Sequence record: LC819009.1
Reading direction: 5' to 3' (one strand)
Length of the DNA: 64,000 nt
Shown in pieces: positions 55,597 to 64,000 of this stretch. Position 1 is the first letter of the stretch. Each line of letters opens with the position of its first letter. A program made the translations under genes and the position numbers. Below the pieces are notes generated by a model. The model searched no databases. It was not told the DNA's origin and saw nothing but the letters and a program-made list of their open reading frames with translations.

Positions 55597-55686
55597 TCAT
55601 TTGAAATGAAGAATGCGTGAGTCAAACTATGGGGTTTTTCACTAAAAATATAGTTTGGCGTCTTTGATTACCTTAGCGAGATACCC

Positions 55687-56568
55687 ATGGACCACATTTT
55701 CCAGTCGAACATTTACTCGGATCGGGATCCGGATCAGAACATGGTCCAGATGAACGGATTGTTCCTCGACCTGATCTCGACCTCTGCCACAGCAGACTGC
55801 CAGTCGATGCCGCTCAAGCAGTTCTTTGGCGACTTCTACACGAAGGCACGTTTCTCGGTGGAGAACACGTTCGACAAGTTCCTCTCCTCGGCTCCGATCG
55901 AACTGCGTCCCGCGAAGATCTTCGAGCGTTTCGTGGATACGCGTCCGTATGCGGACATCATGCAATACCGCGCTGAGATCCCCGAAGGTCTCATCGTTAC
56001 GTATCTCGATTACCTGAAGGTTCTCATGCCTGCTCAGGAATCGGCCAACAACATCGTGAAGGACGTCATCGATCCGTTCACGACTTTCGTCTCGAAGATG
56101 ATCTCGGACGAAATCTTCCGTAATCAGGCTGGCCATCAGATCAAGGAGTTCGCTAAACTTGAACCTGAATACGTGAAGATCAACAAGGAATTCGCCAAGT
56201 GCTTCGGCAAGAACGATTTTAGTGCTTCTGCTGCATTCGGTGAAGTCGTCAAGCGCAACGGTGACTGGCGTACTGTCTTCTCGGAAACGGCGGAACTGAA
56301 GAAGCTTTATCAGGATTTCCCGGCTCAGGAACTCACGAAGAAGCTGAACCGTCTCTACGAGATGCTCGACGAGCTCGTCGATCAGATCAAGCTCGATCAC
56401 TACGCGCAAGTGGAAAAGGAAGTCACGCAGCTGCTAGGCAACGGCATGTACTTCGTGGCGAAGATGGTGGAGCTCTCGGCTCTGACCACGTTCCGTAGCC
56501 GTACGTTCATCGAGACGATCAACACCACGATCAAGAACGTCGAAGAGTTGCCGAACGTGAAGAATTAA
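55687..56568 (+). CDS. Conserved phiKZ-like protein (gp153-like), probable virion component
   Basis: 293-aa helical ORF; synteny. Confidence 0.65.
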   Translation: MDHIFQSNIYSDRDPDQNMVQMNGLFLDLISTSATADCQSMPLKQFFGDFYTKARFSVENTFDKFLSSAPIELRPAKIFERFVDTRPYADIMQYRAEIPEGLIVTYLDYLKVLMPAQESANNIVKDVIDPFTTFVSKMISDEIFRNQAGHQIKEFAKLEPEYVKINKEFAKCFGKNDFSASAAFGEVVKRNGDWRTVFSETAELKKLYQDFPAQELTKKLNRLYEMLDELVDQIKLDHYAQVEKEVTQLLGNGMYFVAKMVELSALTTFRSRTFIETINTTIKNVEELPNVKN

Positions 56569-56605
56569 AACGCAGTTAAGAAACAAAAAAAATAATGACG
56601 CTTAT

Positions 56606-56635
56606 CTACTCCTGGGGCCTAGGCCCCAGGAGTAG
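56606..56635. terminator. Bidirectional stem-loop with flanking A/T tracts
   Basis: ctactcctggggc-ctag-gccccaggagtag between convergent genes. Confidence 0.75.
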
Positions 56636-56646
56636 TTTGTCTCTTT

Positions 56647-57105
56647 TTATTCTGCGGCAAGTTCCAGCGGCCGGTTGTGCGTGAAGTCGGCCAATAACCG
56701 TTCACGACGAATCTGCGCCTTTGCTGTGTTTACCTTAGAGAGATACCGTCGGTCGCCTGGGTTGTACATGGCGATGGCGCGGTCACGGGTCTTGTAACGG
56801 TCAAGGTTACGAGAAAGAAGAGTAGCACCGAAACCCACGTTCGTGCATGACTTGTAAAGATCTTTCGCGAATACTTTCTTTTTCCTTAGTTCGGGAAGGT
56901 GAATGGAATTGATTTGCATGAGACCGTAACTGGTTGAACCATTACGATCATGGTGGACGGCTTTCGGATTACCGCCGCTTTCGACCTTGATGATGGCACG
57001 GACGTCCATCTCATTGAGGCCGTTCTGTTTAGCGATGTCGCTGACGCAATCTGCAAGGGCCAAGTTGCAGAGGGAGAAGAGTAGCGCGAGTAAGAATAAA
57101 CGCAT
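56647..57105 (-). CDS. Secreted lytic transglycosylase (SLT/GH23, IagB/PilT-like)
   Basis: Signal peptide MRLFLLALLFSLCNLALA; catalytic AIIKVESG, SYGLMQIN, AIAMYNPG. Likely ATG at 57105. Confidence 0.85.
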   Translation of the reverse strand: MRLFLLALLFSLCNLALADCVSDIAKQNGLNEMDVRAIIKVESGGNPKAVHHDRNGSTSYGLMQINSIHLPELRKKKVFAKDLYKSCTNVGFGATLLSRNLDRYKTRDRAIAMYNPGDRRYLSKVNTAKAQIRRERLLADFTHNRPLELAAE

Positions 57106-57200
57106 TATTTTCCTTGTTAGACTACCAGTTGTAAAAAAGCGAGACACAAACTCACTCTACACCCTTGTGGGGCGTAGAGTGGTTTATGGGAGTTCTTCGA

Positions 57201-57638
57201 TCACTGGACAAACAACTGATCACGAGCTTCGAGGAGCTGACGAACTTCGATGACCACACGGAAGATCTCATCGTAGACCAACCAGCACGGCATCATCACA
57301 ACGATTTGTCGCGCAATTCGCGTCAGGTCGTGATCCGATTTTTGATGAAGGAAGACTGGACAGACAAGGTCTTCTACAGGACGTTTGCCCCAGATCTTGT
57401 CTGTGCAGGCGATCGGGAGTTCCATTGCGTGAGGATCGACTTTGGTCAGACCAAACTCTTTCTGAATTCGCAATAGTGTCTCTCGATCCAGTTCACTTTT
57501 CCCTGCAAGCTTGCCTGACAGGGAGGAAATGAACATGAGTCGTTTCATGCGCGAGGGTAAGAGGTGGAACAAAACCCGCAACGTGCGGGTCTGGAATCTC
57601 TTATTCGACAGTTTCATAGTTGAATAACCTGCGAACAA
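57201..57638 (-). CDS. Conserved phiKZ-like hypothetical protein
   Basis: 145 aa directly downstream of RNase H. Confidence 0.6.
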   Translation of the reverse strand: MFAGYSTMKLSNKRFQTRTLRVLFHLLPSRMKRLMFISSLSGKLAGKSELDRETLLRIQKEFGLTKVDPHAMELPIACTDKIWGKRPVEDLVCPVFLHQKSDHDLTRIARQIVVMMPCWLVYDEIFRVVIEVRQLLEARDQLFVQ

Positions 57639-57654
57639 TAAAGTTGATCATCCC

Positions 57655-59244
57655 CTATGCGGCCTTTTTCAACTTCGATTGCTTCGCCTTGTTCAGGCGT
57701 ACATTCGAGTAGTAACCACAATAGGCACCGGCGTCATCACCTGCTTCGATGACGGTGAAATAACGGAACACACCAGGAGACTCTTCCCAAGTAAGAAGCG
57801 TAACCTTTGGATTCGTCTCTTCGATCCTCTTAAGACCATTACGGTCAGCCATGTCGATTCCGAATGTGAGGATCGTGGGAAGCGTGATCTCCACGCCATT
57901 GGAATCCCGGTAGAGGGCGTCTACCTCGATCGAAGCTACCCCAGGCTTGATCGACGCCTTCAGTTTCGTTACAGGAATTTCCTTGTTCTTCTTCTTCGTA
58001 ATCGACGTCTCATATAAATGAGGCGTCAGATCCGTCACCGCATACCGTTTGGACGATTCGTCTTTGTTCAACCACTCGTCAAGACGGCTGGCCAGAGTGT
58101 TCACGGCCATTACGGCTTCCAAGGCTTTCTTCGGTGGATCGACTACCTCGGTGACGACCTGTTTGTCTACCGACTGAAGATTGTTGTTGTAGGAGTTGGG
58201 CTGATACAAAGACCAGTTACCATACTCGGTGAACATCTTGAAAACGTTCGATTTGAAAAACGCACCCAGATGTCCGATGACCATCTCGTTCTTATAGCCA
58301 CCCAACTTGCAATGGTAGGCTATAAGGGCCTCCAACGATTCGATCGGTTCTTTCGTTTGAATGACTGAGTAGGAGGTATCGCTCAGTCGCTTGCCGAAGA
58401 GACCCAGGTCCTTGTCGATGGCGCCCATGTAGTAGCGGCCCTTCTCGGTCCCAGTCATCTCTCCGTTGAAGAAGAGCTTCTGATGGCAGATAAGCGGATG
58501 CTTGTCGACTTCTGCTGCCTTCCAGTAACCCTGAGCAGGTTCCTTATGGAAGGCATCGTCGGTCAAACCAGCCAAGGTCATGTTCTTACCCAGGTTGGCA
58601 TTGTTATCTGCCAGCTGGTTGCCCAGGAAGATCGAGTGACCCGGCATCCAGTCGCACTTGATGTCGTAGTCCTTCATCTCGTTCTTGAGCTTCCAGAGAT
58701 GCTGCCAGAGCGGCTTGTTCTTGATTTCATTGCCATCGCGGCGACGCCAGTTGTTCTTCGCCCAGAGGGGAAGGACTTTGGTATAGCCGTCGAGAGTGTA
58801 TTCGCTATCCAGCCACAGGCGGATTGTGCGAATGTTTTCACGCTGGCAGTATTCGAGTGCCTTGATGAGGGCAGTGATTTCTGCGGCGTTGTTGGTCGAA
58901 CGACCTTTCTCGTCAACGATCGGCGAAGGACCGAAAGCATCGAGATAGAAGATGGGAGTAACTTCGATCGATTCCATGTGGCGATCGAGGATGGACATCG
59001 TGCCTTCCTTCAGCTTCGATTCGTCCAGGTTCACGTAAGGATCTTCACCCTTACGGAATGCGTCGAGCATTGCTTTGTCGACGTAGCCTTCATTGGTCAG
59101 GTAGAAGTCGGCATTGCCGCTTCCTTTCTTGGGTGCTTCGTTCGAATAGGCGTAACCGTGAATACCCCAGCCGCCTTCGCCGGGGTTAGGCACGCACGAT
59201 CCGTCCGTATGCAGAATGATTGCATCGATTTTAAGGTCGCTCAT
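57655..59244 (-). CDS. rnh: Ribonuclease H with long C-terminal extension (phiKZ gp155-like)
   Basis: LHTDGSCVPNPGEGGWG, TNNAAEITA, DSEY, NKPLWQHL, W..GH....GN..AD RNase HI motifs; 529 aa. Confidence 0.9.
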   Translation of the reverse strand: MSDLKIDAIILHTDGSCVPNPGEGGWGIHGYAYSNEAPKKGSGNADFYLTNEGYVDKAMLDAFRKGEDPYVNLDESKLKEGTMSILDRHMESIEVTPIFYLDAFGPSPIVDEKGRSTNNAAEITALIKALEYCQRENIRTIRLWLDSEYTLDGYTKVLPLWAKNNWRRRDGNEIKNKPLWQHLWKLKNEMKDYDIKCDWMPGHSIFLGNQLADNNANLGKNMTLAGLTDDAFHKEPAQGYWKAAEVDKHPLICHQKLFFNGEMTGTEKGRYYMGAIDKDLGLFGKRLSDTSYSVIQTKEPIESLEALIAYHCKLGGYKNEMVIGHLGAFFKSNVFKMFTEYGNWSLYQPNSYNNNLQSVDKQVVTEVVDPPKKALEAVMAVNTLASRLDEWLNKDESSKRYAVTDLTPHLYETSITKKKNKEIPVTKLKASIKPGVASIEVDALYRDSNGVEITLPTILTFGIDMADRNGLKRIEETNPKVTLLTWEESPGVFRYFTVIEAGDDAGAYCGYYSNVRLNKAKQSKLKKAA

Positions 59245-59296
59245 GTTTTATCTCTACGTTGGCATTAGACACTGTATCAGAGTCTAGCCTAAGTTT

Positions 59297-59632
59297 TTAT
59301 CGACACTGTTCCACCCGCTGACGTGTCTTGGTGATCACGTACAGGAGTTGGTCGATGTATTTGTTTTGCTTGTCCATGTAGTCTTGCAAGAAGGCATCCA
59401 TGGTTCCGTTTTTGATATCGTCGTCGGTGAAGCTTTGAAACTTCTTCCGATCGAACTGAGGACGACGTGTGTAACGAGGCATGTTCTCCTGCTCACACAA
59501 GTCGATCATTACTCTATTCTGTTTGGTAATATATTCCTGATTTTTGTCTATCTGTGGAGGATCAGGTTGTTTCGGTTCTTGCGCGCATGCAGCCAGGAAC
59601 GCGAAGAGAACCCCCGTCAAAATTTTCTTCAT
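59297..59632 (-). CDS. Lipoprotein, candidate outer-membrane spanin (o-spanin)
   Basis: Lipobox FLAA-C, Pro-rich linker, two further Cys; downstream of a TM + coiled-coil gene. Confidence 0.55.
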   Translation of the reverse strand: MKKILTGVLFAFLAACAQEPKQPDPPQIDKNQEYITKQNRVMIDLCEQENMPRYTRRPQFDRKKFQSFTDDDIKNGTMDAFLQDYMDKQNKYIDQLLYVITKTRQRVEQCR

Positions 59633-59691
59633 CTCTTCAATCCGGCAAAATGACCCCGGGAACGGAGCTCTGTTTAGGAGCCCCGTTTTCC

Positions 59692-60189
59692 CTAATCGTC
59701 GTACTTATCAAAGAAATCCGAATAGGACTTCTTCCGTCTAGCGGCTACTGATTCAGAAGCGACCTGGTCCTGGCCTGACTGCTCCTGAGGGCGCGCTTTG
59801 CGGTGCTGCTCGGCCTTCGTTTTAAAAGCTGCCACGACGTTGTGTTCGGGTGGTTCTGGAAGTCGTCCAGGGATTTCCGCGGGATTCACACACGTGACAG
59901 AGTTCAAAGTTGGTCGCGCTGCCAACTTGTCTTCTAACTCTTTGATACGTAATTCCATCCGGTGAACGTTAGCAGCTTCAACGGACTTCTCTAGCTTGAT
60001 GTGTTCCTGCGACAACTGGTAGAATTTGGGAATGATCAGGAAGAGCGCGAAGATCAATCCCGAAACAAAGAAAAGCAGGAACACTTTCTTTCTTTGAGTC
60101 CTCATCCCCTCTTTCAGGGTAATCCCACCTAGAACCAATTCTTTTAAGAACGGCCAGATGAGCCTGAAGATGTAAAATGCTGATGACAT
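59692..60189 (-). CDS. Inner-membrane protein with periplasmic coiled coil, candidate i-spanin
   Basis: TM VFLLFFVSGLIFALFLII followed by heptad-rich SQEHIKLEKSVE...RIKELEDKL and one Cys. Confidence 0.5.
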   Translation of the reverse strand: MSSAFYIFRLIWPFLKELVLGGITLKEGMRTQRKKVFLLFFVSGLIFALFLIIPKFYQLSQEHIKLEKSVEAANVHRMELRIKELEDKLAARPTLNSVTCVNPAEIPGRLPEPPEHNVVAAFKTKAEQHRKARPQEQSGQDQVASESVAARRKKSYSDFFDKYDD

Positions 60190-60298
60190 GCCGAGGACCT
60201 CTTATCCATTTTATGACGGTTCCGTGTTCCTCATGTATTTTACCACTTTTGGTGGGAAAATTCTAACAATTTTTTTGAACTGCTGTATAAGGTGAGCC

Positions 60299-61600
60299 AT
60301 GAATACCATCAAAGGCTTTGCTCTCAATCGCAACTTCGTCAACAACGCTCCAGGCGTCGTTGCTGATATCGGCGAGCTTTCACAGCTGGGTTATACCTTC
60401 GCCAAGGAACCCAGGGTGTACTCCTCGCAGACATATCCCACATTATCACTGGTCCACATGCCGACCAAGGGTAGTGGCGTGGGTTTCTCTGCTGCCATTC
60501 CGGACGATCAGGTCGCACACATCCTGAACGTCATCAACAACATTTACACGAAGTCGCTCAGCAATACGAATCCGATTGCTCCGGGTGAATTCGTGACCTA
60601 CCTCCAGAACCAGATGGGTGCCGCTGTGGCAAACATCACGGTCGGTGGTCAGGTGATTTCGGGCAACCGCTCCATCGTCGAATGGATCCAGTGGAACAAC
60701 CCCGCAGTCGACAACACCAACATCAACAAGGTCTGGTTCGTCAACTCGTCTTTCGAAGGTCAGTTCGACGAATACGACTTTACGGTCATTCCGCCGTTCA
60801 CGCCCGTCAGCCAGTTCTTCGGCCAACCGGCTGACGTGAAAGCACTGCTCGCTTCGCGCAACTACAATCAGCAAACGCAGGCTATCGAAGATGCGCGTGG
60901 TGGTACGAACGAGTCGTTCGTCTGGGGTAACGAATACAACTACGTGAACCCGGTGAACGCCAACGACAAGACGCCTGCGAAGTTTGCTGTGCTCGGTTAT
61001 GGTGAAGCTGCGAACAACATCGACTTGATCAAGCAAGCGATCGTCGACTACCTGCTCACCAACTCCACGCAAACGCGAGATCAGTGGAAGGCAATTTTGC
61101 CTGACCTTTTTTTGCGTACGGAGGTGATGTTGTTCCCCCAGTGGGGGTCGTTCGCGATTGAGAATGTGGTCGGTGGCAACAACGGCATCTATTCGCCGAT
61201 TCAGTTGCTCTCGTCGATCCTGACTCAGATCACGAACGATGCAACGGGTTACGACCCGACCTTCGTGCAGAACAACGCACAGATCTTCACGTTCCCGTAT
61301 ATGTCGATTGCAATCGGCTCGTGCGGCAATGCAGAAAACCGTGACGGCAAGACGAAACTCTCGGACTGGTTCCCGGATTACTTCTTCACCCCCAACACAT
61401 CGGCGGACTTCAACCGCATGTCTCTCGACACGCAGGGCTGGTTCCAGATGATGATGGCGATGCTGCCGATTGCCCGTGACATGACTTCGGGCTCCACGGT
61501 TCCCAACGGTTATACGCGAGTGATTCGCGGCACGAAGATGTATCTCGCTAAGAGCTACGACGACGTGCAGTTCCTCGTGCAAGCACAGGCGACTCCGTAA
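60299..61600 (+). CDS. Virion structural protein (phiKZ gp157-like)
   Basis: 433 aa; IGELSQLGYTFAKE, W..ILPDLF..TE pattern; synteny. Confidence 0.7.
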   Translation: MNTIKGFALNRNFVNNAPGVVADIGELSQLGYTFAKEPRVYSSQTYPTLSLVHMPTKGSGVGFSAAIPDDQVAHILNVINNIYTKSLSNTNPIAPGEFVTYLQNQMGAAVANITVGGQVISGNRSIVEWIQWNNPAVDNTNINKVWFVNSSFEGQFDEYDFTVIPPFTPVSQFFGQPADVKALLASRNYNQQTQAIEDARGGTNESFVWGNEYNYVNPVNANDKTPAKFAVLGYGEAANNIDLIKQAIVDYLLTNSTQTRDQWKAILPDLFLRTEVMLFPQWGSFAIENVVGGNNGIYSPIQLLSSILTQITNDATGYDPTFVQNNAQIFTFPYMSIAIGSCGNAENRDGKTKLSDWFPDYFFTPNTSADFNRMSLDTQGWFQMMMAMLPIARDMTSGSTVPNGYTRVIRGTKMYLAKSYDDVQFLVQAQATP

Positions 61601-62235
61601 TGGCGACTGAACTCCTACCTGGCATTGGGGCTTCGGGGGATTGGACCCTCAAGCCTCCTTACGATTCCAAGTACACCGCTGGTCTCGCTTACAGCTGTCG
61701 GGCGATCAACAAGATCAGTTCCATGGTGGCCACGGGTATTGACGTTCTGAATACCCTGTTCATCCCGGCTGGCTTGGCGCAAGCCGATTACGATGCGGCA
61801 GTGGTGGCGGACCTTTCGATGGTTACGCTGCAATCCACCGCTGGTCAGCTGATCATCTTGCCTTCGACGTATCTGGCAGGCTGGCCCAGTGGGGACTCCG
61901 TACCTTACGCTGTCGTGGGTATGGTGATCAACCTCGGTCCGATTCCGAACACGATCGATCCGACCTTCCTCACGGCAAAGGTCGAGCCGGTCATCAAGAA
62001 CGCTCTGGGTCTGGACCCCGAGATCCATTACGTTACGTTGTCGGAGACGACCAACAAGACGTGGGACGATCACGTGGCTCAGGAGAACACACGCACTGCT
62101 GCAATCACGGATGGCAATTCGGATTACATCAAGCGTCTGAATGCCGAGGCTGCTTTGACGGCAGCACAAGCCCAGATCGCGGCCCTTCAGCAAGTCATCA
62201 TCGATGCTGGTTTGACCATCCCGACAAGCTCATAA
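61600..62235 (+). CDS. Virion structural protein (phiKZ gp158-like)
   Basis: 211 aa, TAATG coupling, C-terminal coiled coil. Confidence 0.65.
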   Translation: MATELLPGIGASGDWTLKPPYDSKYTAGLAYSCRAINKISSMVATGIDVLNTLFIPAGLAQADYDAAVVADLSMVTLQSTAGQLIILPSTYLAGWPSGDSVPYAVVGMVINLGPIPNTIDPTFLTAKVEPVIKNALGLDPEIHYVTLSETTNKTWDDHVAQENTRTAAITDGNSDYIKRLNAEAALTAAQAQIAALQQVIIDAGLTIPTSS

Positions 62236-62247
62236 ACGAAAAAGACT

Positions 62248-62273
62248 CTACTGCTGGCTTCGGCCAGCAGTAG
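62248..62273. terminator. Stem-loop (11-bp stem, UUCG loop)
   Basis: ctactgctggc-ttcg-gccagcagtag. Confidence 0.7.
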
Positions 62274-62303
62274 TGATCTTGTGAATTTAGAATAGAGGCG
62301 TAT

Positions 62304-62963
62304 ATGCAAACCGCGATGCTTTTAAAAAAGAAAGCAGCTATAGGGGTGCTAACCAATCTGTTAATGCCGTTTGACGGAAATTTCACAGATCTGGCAGGTA
62401 ATACTGGTATCACTCAAGCCAACTATAGTTTCTTGACAAACCAGAAGTTCGGACAACAGGCAGTCAAATTCGGCTCGAATGGTGGCGTGACTGTTCCGCT
62501 AACATCGAAAATCACTTATGCTGGCGATTTCACAATCGAGACATGGGTATCGATGGGATCGCTAACCGGCGAGCAGATGCTGATTACTGCTGGGGCTGGG
62601 TGTTACATCGACTGCTATACGGGCGGCGCCTATAACGGAGGCGCTCCATGTTTTATTGTTTCGATCAATCCGACGAATAGTCATGCGTCAATGATTGTCG
62701 TTGGCAATAACTGGACGGTTGGGACACTCCATCACCTGGCACTTTGTCGCTCGGGTTCAACAGTAACTTTGTACGGCGACGGAGCGGTGAAGGGAACAGT
62801 GACCAATACCAATGTATGGGCGAATTCAAACTGGACGATCGGCAACTACACGTCGTCTCCGCTCTACGGTTTCTCTGGCGGTGTTCAGCAAGTTCGAGCA
62901 TCGAATGTCTGCCGCTATACCGGACCATTCACGCCGCCGTCTAGCCCGTTCGTTCTCGATTAA
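62304..62963 (+). CDS. LamG/concanavalin-A-like domain protein, probable tail fibre accessory
   Basis: KFGQQAVKF, GDFTIETWV, HHLALCRSGSTVTLYGDG, FSGGVQQVR...RYTGPFTPPSSPF are typical LamG-3 features. Confidence 0.8.
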   Translation: MQTAMLLKKKAAIGVLTNLLMPFDGNFTDLAGNTGITQANYSFLTNQKFGQQAVKFGSNGGVTVPLTSKITYAGDFTIETWVSMGSLTGEQMLITAGAGCYIDCYTGGAYNGGAPCFIVSINPTNSHASMIVVGNNWTVGTLHHLALCRSGSTVTLYGDGAVKGTVTNTNVWANSNWTIGNYTSSPLYGFSGGVQQVRASNVCRYTGPFTPPSSPFVLD

Positions 62964-62976
62964 GTGAAGATAGAAT

Positions 62977-63507
62977 ATGCAAGCACTCGCAAAGATATCC
63001 GGCACTTGGAAAATTGTTAGACAGATCTTCGTCAAACAAGGCGGAGTCTGGAAAACAGTCAAGCAGGGCTACATCAAAAGTGGAGGAGTCTGGAAACTCT
63101 TCTTCACACTGGGTTTTACCGCTCAGCCACAAACCTTCGTTCTCAGTAGTCACGCGGCTAGTACTGATCTTGCTGAAATTAGTTTAACCGGCAAGGGAGT
63201 TACGGATCATGGAGCGCTTCTCTCCGATCTGTTCATGTCGCAAAATTACGATAGTGGCGATGAGAACAGCGTAACGTCGTGGACATATCGAATGATGTAC
63301 GATTCTTCGTCTGCGCCGCCTAGTTGGAGTGGGAATCTGAAAGTAACCAACCTGAGCTCAGGTATTTCTGTAACGCTGTCGCCCACAGCGGACCCCAGAA
63401 CGTGGTTGCTTCAAATTCCCAGCGATGGTAGTCAGACGTACCCAGTTAGTCCCTACGACAAATGGATCCGTGATTCGATGGATACCTATTCAATCAGTGA
63501 AGCATAA
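62977..63507 (+). CDS. Tail-fibre-associated small protein with (G/GG)xWK repeats
   Basis: N-terminus KISGTWK-VKQGGVWK-IKSGGVWK. Confidence 0.55.
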   Translation: MQALAKISGTWKIVRQIFVKQGGVWKTVKQGYIKSGGVWKLFFTLGFTAQPQTFVLSSHAASTDLAEISLTGKGVTDHGALLSDLFMSQNYDSGDENSVTSWTYRMMYDSSSAPPSWSGNLKVTNLSSGISVTLSPTADPRTWLLQIPSDGSQTYPVSPYDKWIRDSMDTYSISEA

Positions 63508-63514
63508 AGACATA

Positions 63515-63542
63515 GACTACTCTCCCGCAAGGGAGAGTAGTC
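63515..63542. terminator. Bidirectional stem-loop (12-bp stem, GCAA loop)
   Basis: gactactctccc-gcaa-gggagagtagtc flanked by CATA (63511) and TATG (63544). Confidence 0.75.
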
Positions 63543-63548
63543 GTATGT

Positions 63549-64000
63549 TTAACTGATTACCACATGTTCGTTGTAAACGATATTCGTCGGCAACAACACG
63601 TTGTCCTTACTCAGCACGCAGGTCTGAGCGAGGTTCGACAAAGCGCCGTGATTAGACTCATAGTGAGACACCATGTAGATCTGACCAAAGGCTTGTTCGT
63701 CCAACAACTTCTTAACGAAGTAGATAGCTGCTTGACGATGAGTGTCGTCGAACGCCGCTTCGAACTCGTCCAAGAAGAGGGGCAAGTGTCCAAGCCCAAG
63801 CTGTCGAAGCGCACACATCCGGTAAGCGAAATTGAAAATCGCTAGCATCGAAGCCGAACCTTCCGCTACATCCTTGTTCGGTTTCCCAGTGCGTTCCTTC
63901 CAGAAAGGGAACTTGTAGTCCATCTCCGCCGTACCATCTTCCATTGTGAAAGGCAGGAGTTCGAGGGGATAGGACCATACGGAACCGACGACCTTGTTCA
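63549..64000 (-). CDS. sbcC: SbcC/Rad50-like SMC ATPase, C-terminal part (truncated by window edge)
   Basis: Signature-like AEGSASM, Walker B/D-loop LFLDEFEAAFD, H-loop MVSH; the frame stays open to the window end (NKVVGSVWSYPLELLPF). Confidence 0.85.
   Translation of the reverse strand, partial: NKVVGSVWSYPLELLPFTMEDGTAEMDYKFPFWKERTGKPNKDVAEGSASMLAIFNFAYRMCALRQLGLGHLPLFLDEFEAAFDDTHRQAAIYFVKKLLDEQAFGQIYMVSHYESNHGALSNLAQTCVLSKDNVLLPTNIVYNEHVVIS

Noticed and set aside
1352-63542. Hairpins as CRISPR repeats, REP elements, tRNAs or MITEs
   Set aside because: Stems differ in sequence, occur singly at gene ends, and show no repeat-spacer array, cloverleaf or target-site duplication.
1-64000. Nuclear shell protein chimallin (ChmA) in this window
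   Set aside because: No ORF here could be confidently matched to it; nucleus formation is inferred only from family-level markers.

Overview
This window comes from a phiKZ-like, nucleus-forming jumbo myovirus (Chimalliviridae-type). The evidence is a PhuZ tubulin, a divergent family-B DNA polymerase, three split virion RNA polymerase subunits (one carrying NADFDGD), a ~726-aa terminase, tail sheath and tube, a gp175-type prohead protease, a 2039-aa gp181-like tail protein, a RecA/UvsX-like protein, RNase H and the 3' end of an SbcC/Rad50 ATPase. A Burkholderiales host (Ralstonia/Burkholderia RSL2/RSF1-like group) is plausible but only inferred. phiKZ gp numbers are assigned from remembered motifs and synteny, not from a database search. 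I found no tRNA, rRNA, CRISPR array or transposase. The most notable unexplained structures are: (1) a tandem array of six apparently paralogous small acidic proteins between PhuZ and the polymerase; (2) long intergenic hairpins that mostly lack U-tracts and are followed by TATG in the direction of incoming transcription, on both strands at several convergent junctions; (3) a lambdoid tape-measure motif and a GH19 domain inside the giant tail protein; (4) a membrane-anchored BCS1-type AAA+ ATPase next to small envelope proteins; (5) an unannotated His/Lys-rich 57-aa ORF; (6) three lectin-like proteins sharing an N-terminal LLxKK tag; and (7) an AT-rich island with two mutually exclusive hairpins.
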